64,000 nt of DNA from Eledone cirrhosa. Taxonomy: Eukaryota. Shown in pieces: positions 60,079 to 64,000 of this stretch. The stretch spans positions 28,582,001-28,646,000 of the forward strand of contig OZ024764.1 in assembly GCA_964016885.1 (NCBI GenBank), read 5' to 3'. Each line of letters opens with the position of its first letter. Within the stretch, counting starts at the first letter, position 1. Made by a program: the position numbers and the translations under genes. The notes beneath the pieces were generated by a model. It was not told where the DNA came from. It searched no databases and worked only from the letters and a program-made list of their open reading frames with translations.

Positions 60079-63000
60079 GAGTCTCCAATGTGTAATAAAC
60101 CGTGACTCATATATATATACCGAAGAATGTACATAAACACATACATACACGCATGTGTATATATATATACATACATACATGTGTCTCTCTCTCTCCCTAT
60201 ATATATGTACATATGTATAAATATGTACATACATATTAGTGTATATATATTGCTATCTATATGCATATTTGTATAATTATACTGTATGGTGAATTGGCAG
60301 TATCGGTAGAGGGTCTGACGCTATGCTTTCCAGCATAGTTACGTCCCTTTACGATCCGAGGTTAACTTTGCCTTTCATCCTTACTGGGTCGATAAAATAA
60401 AGTACCAGTAATGTACTGGTTAATTACTGACCTTGTGCCTAAAATAGAAACAATTATTAGTTCAAAGAGAAACCACCATCCTACCTGAAATATTATGTTA
60501 TCATATTAAATATTTCTTATACTGTCATGTTTTTTCTTTAAAACGATTGCATCTCAATAAGGTGAAGAAAACTATTATATACTGTTGTTATATCATTATG
60601 CTTTAGTTTTAACTTATTATTTCTATGTGTTTAAATATAATGTATGTAAGTGTGTTTGAAAATATATAATAATAATATGCATGTTTGAAGCAGGGTTCAA
60701 CTGAAATATCTATACCAGTAAATTAATTAGTGTTACACTTTAGGCATAAACTATTTGGCATTCTTTGAAGGAGGTACTAGGTTTTTCGCTGTCTTAAATG
60801 GAGTATACACGCGCACACGATGCATATATATATTGTTTTTCTCTGTACAAAGAGATTGACATCATTTCTTAAATCATTATTTAGGGTTTTACAACAAAAC
60901 ATATTGTATGTGTAATTATACAAATTGAATTTAAGTATTTATTTAAAATTTTACATACACTTTAGTAGTATATATATATATATATATATATATTCATTTG
61001 TGATGCCATGCATTGTATCGTACGCTTCGACATATGGATTACATTCATGCAACACCTCTCTTATCATAGCCATTTTTTGTGGTGAGCAGTCATTATTTGT
61101 TGGGACTAGGGCAGTGGATTGGCAGTATCGGTAGAGCGTCAGACACCATGCTTTGCAGCATAGGGTTATGGCCCTTTACGTTCTGGGTTCAAATCCCTCC
61201 AAGGTTGACTTTCTTTTCATCCTTATGAGGTCGATAGAATAAAGTACCAGTAATTGCTGGCCTTGTGCCAGAAACAATTATTTGGTTGTACTTCCAATCT
61301 GTGCTACATACCTTCGTTCCCATCAATAATATATAACTGGCCATATTGTGGTGTATTTTCTGCAGGTTACAGAGATGGGGGTGTATTGATATGTTTGACC
61401 CTGAATATGAAAGCTATACGGGCCTCTGCCGGGTGGTAACACCAAATGAAGTGAAATAAATGTAGTTTTAATTGCAGATGTTTCTGTGAAATCAACTGCT
61501 TCCTGGCCTCTTTCAAAGAGATTTCTCAGTCTCTCAGGGTATATTTGCAATGGTGGCAACACTACCTTTCCTTTATTACAACAGTTACAATTTTCATTTC
61601 TAAATTTCAAAGCTCCACAGTGATCACACGAAACATTCATATCACTAATATGAAATTCTACATTTCCATTAATATTAATTGTTGGCCAATTTCTCTTACG
61701 ACGCTCATTATCCATTCTTCTCTGTCTGAATGTTTTCCATTCTAAGTCTATTTGCATGGAATAATTATATTCTGTTGTTTATTATGTAATTAAATAGCTC
61801 TGTACAATACATAGAGCATTCTTCTTTTCTTTACCTTTTCTATGGAAATACAAGAACAAACATATATATATATATATGTGTGTGTATATACATAAACAAG
61901 ACTGTTATTGCTCCAACCAGTCTATTTACCTTTGATAACTATCCTAAATATAAATACACCTATACCATACATACATATATCATATATGTTTTTGATGCCG
62001 TGGTATAGCAGAGATAAGCAAGAAGAGAAAAGAAAATGAAAATGAGAAAAAAAAAGAAGTAAGAAGTCGGGGGAGGGACAGACACTTCACCCCAGTCTAA
62101 GTGGTCCCTCAGCCGCAACCTGTGGAAGAAACGTAAAAGCGTTACCTCGGAGCAAGGCCAGAGACACCTGCTACAATAGTCGCCCCTCCTCATGAAGCTC
62201 CTGTCGTCTTTCCTCCCGACTTTATGGAGGAAATCAGCAGTACAGGGACCAAGTATGGCAGAGGTCTCAATGGAGTGGAAGAGGTGAGTCAGGCCTTGGT
62301 ACTATCTTACTATCCTCTGCATTGCGGGGTGTAGAGCCTAGGTTTGTGGCTGTAGCTATATTTGAACTTTTATATGAAATTTCAGTTTTATATTTTTCAC
62401 ATCTTAAAACTTAATCTTAGTCTTTTGCAGCTCATCTTGTTTCATCTCGCAGCACACGATTTGGGAACCACTGCTCTAGAGATAGAAAAAGTATATTTTA
62501 TGCAGGGCTTCCCTGAGACATAAAAACTATTTCAAGAGATCGACATGGGTAGAAAGGTTGAGAAATGCTGCACAATGTTCTTTGGTTTTTGTTCACCTTT
62601 AAATAATCATGTATAAAACATTGGGTGTGCAAGATTTCATGAAAAGGTATAACATTATTTATGCTGATCTTGCAGGAACTAGCTCCAATTGAGAGTTGTA
62701 CCAATTCCCACTAAACTCGAAACTCCTGGACAATATATACATATCTTTATAAGTTCCTGTGTATTGTGTCGTTGTATAATGAAACATAAATATATACCAT
62801 GCATGTCAGTCAGATTTGAACTCACTATATTTGGCGTTTTATAGATATAATTTGTTTGTTAAAACAATTGATTAAATAATAACTAAATAAAATTAATTCT
62901 ACAATCCTGGATAGGGAATGAACTTATAACTTCATAATAGAAGCCATCTATTCGAGCAGTATTGCCATCTAAGCCACCAGGTTACTTACAGAACTTCATT

Positions 63001-64000
63001 CAAATATAAAATATAAAATATATGCCAGACATAGTGAGTTCGAATCTGACTGATTAGTTGGTCATTGTCCCAGCCAACAGTTTAAATCGCCAACCAGTAG
63101 GTGACATCGACTAGGTTGGGAAAACTTGGTTAAGTAGCTCCAATTATTGCTACGTTAGACATATTCAAGACTCATCGACACCGAATGGAAGAAAGGTAAA
63201 GTTGAACTCAGAGTAAAGAACTGGAAAAATACTGCAAAGAATTCTATCTGATGTTCTAACAATTCTACCAAATTACCTTATGTATATATATTTATATCTA
63301 GAGATAAGAAGAAAACTGAGAGAAAGAAAAAAAGAAAAAAAAAATGAGACCTTATATGTAACCCATGACCAGGATTGAAACCGAAACCAGGACTACCACC
63401 ATCTCTGGTATCACCCACCAGACCACCATGAAAGATACAAAAATCTGCTTTTTTAATATTTATAAGCCTACTTTCAATATTAAAGTAATTAACATGTGAT
63501 GTTGTTCATGCCTTTCTCTATGTTATTGGTAAAAAATAAAGTATTTAAACCTCAAATTTTGTTATTCAAATATGCTTGCTTATGTAATTATAAATGTCGC
63601 AGAATACACACACATATATAGATGTGAAAATATTCAGGACCCCAACGGCTGTGCTACTGCCGTTTCGACATCTATATATATATCTTTTAGTCCTAGGCTC
63701 TTTCAGCGCAGAAAGAATTCTCCAATGATCACAATCAGCTAATGGTGCCCAGTGGAAGCACTTTTAGTCTAATTATAACCCCAACGATCACGATTAGCGG
63801 CGGCTTTTTCGAGTCTGAGGTTGACTGCCAGCTATATATATATATATATTTTTATACTTTGCTAGAATCCCGGAGAACAACAGAAAGATGCTGAGTTCAG
63901 AGTTTAAAAAACATGTCCCCTTTAATATAAAAACAATCCGAGTCTTGTAAAAGTGTTATTACTGTAATATAAAGTAGAAACCCTTTATTTAAACAAAGCT

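Noticed and set aside
59055-60136. S/L-rich and E/R-rich ORFs
   Set aside because: CT microsatellite
60684-60720. Hammerhead-like ttgaagcagggttcaactgaaatatctata (similar weak hits at ~55452, ~13800, ~56960 and ~58633)
   Set aside because: Core mismatches or no convincing stems; could be chance in AT-rich DNA

Overview
AT-rich, repeat-dense animal genomic DNA. It is most likely octopus/cephalopod, inferred from the SINE/RTE/CR1 families, (GAT)n and (TA)n tails and a C2H2 zinc-finger gene. Two host genes are present. The first is the last 11 coding exons of an apparently intact clan-3 (CYP3A-like) cytochrome P450 on + (1584-34361; the N-terminal exons lie upstream of the window). The second is a 10-finger Kruppel-type C2H2 gene on - (46736-47722). 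Mobile DNA includes one intact RTE-clade LINE (1039 aa, APE+RT, with a PHD-type finger inserted in the RT region) and many truncated RTE and CR1 copies. There are also tRNA-SINEs, mariner, piggyBac-type and Tc2-type MITEs, Helitron and CRE-like relics, a ~3 kb segmental duplication and a >1.3 kb inverted duplication. Main signals: (i) at least six hammerhead-ribozyme-like motifs in short Penelope-like remnants, often fold-backs, three of them sense-oriented in one 2.5 kb P450 intron and one caged in a ~170-bp hairpin; (ii) most large tandem arrays trace to a short piece of a transposon found elsewhere in the window; (iii) a P450 splice acceptor is tandemly triplicated. The very long ORFs in the track are satellite artefacts.
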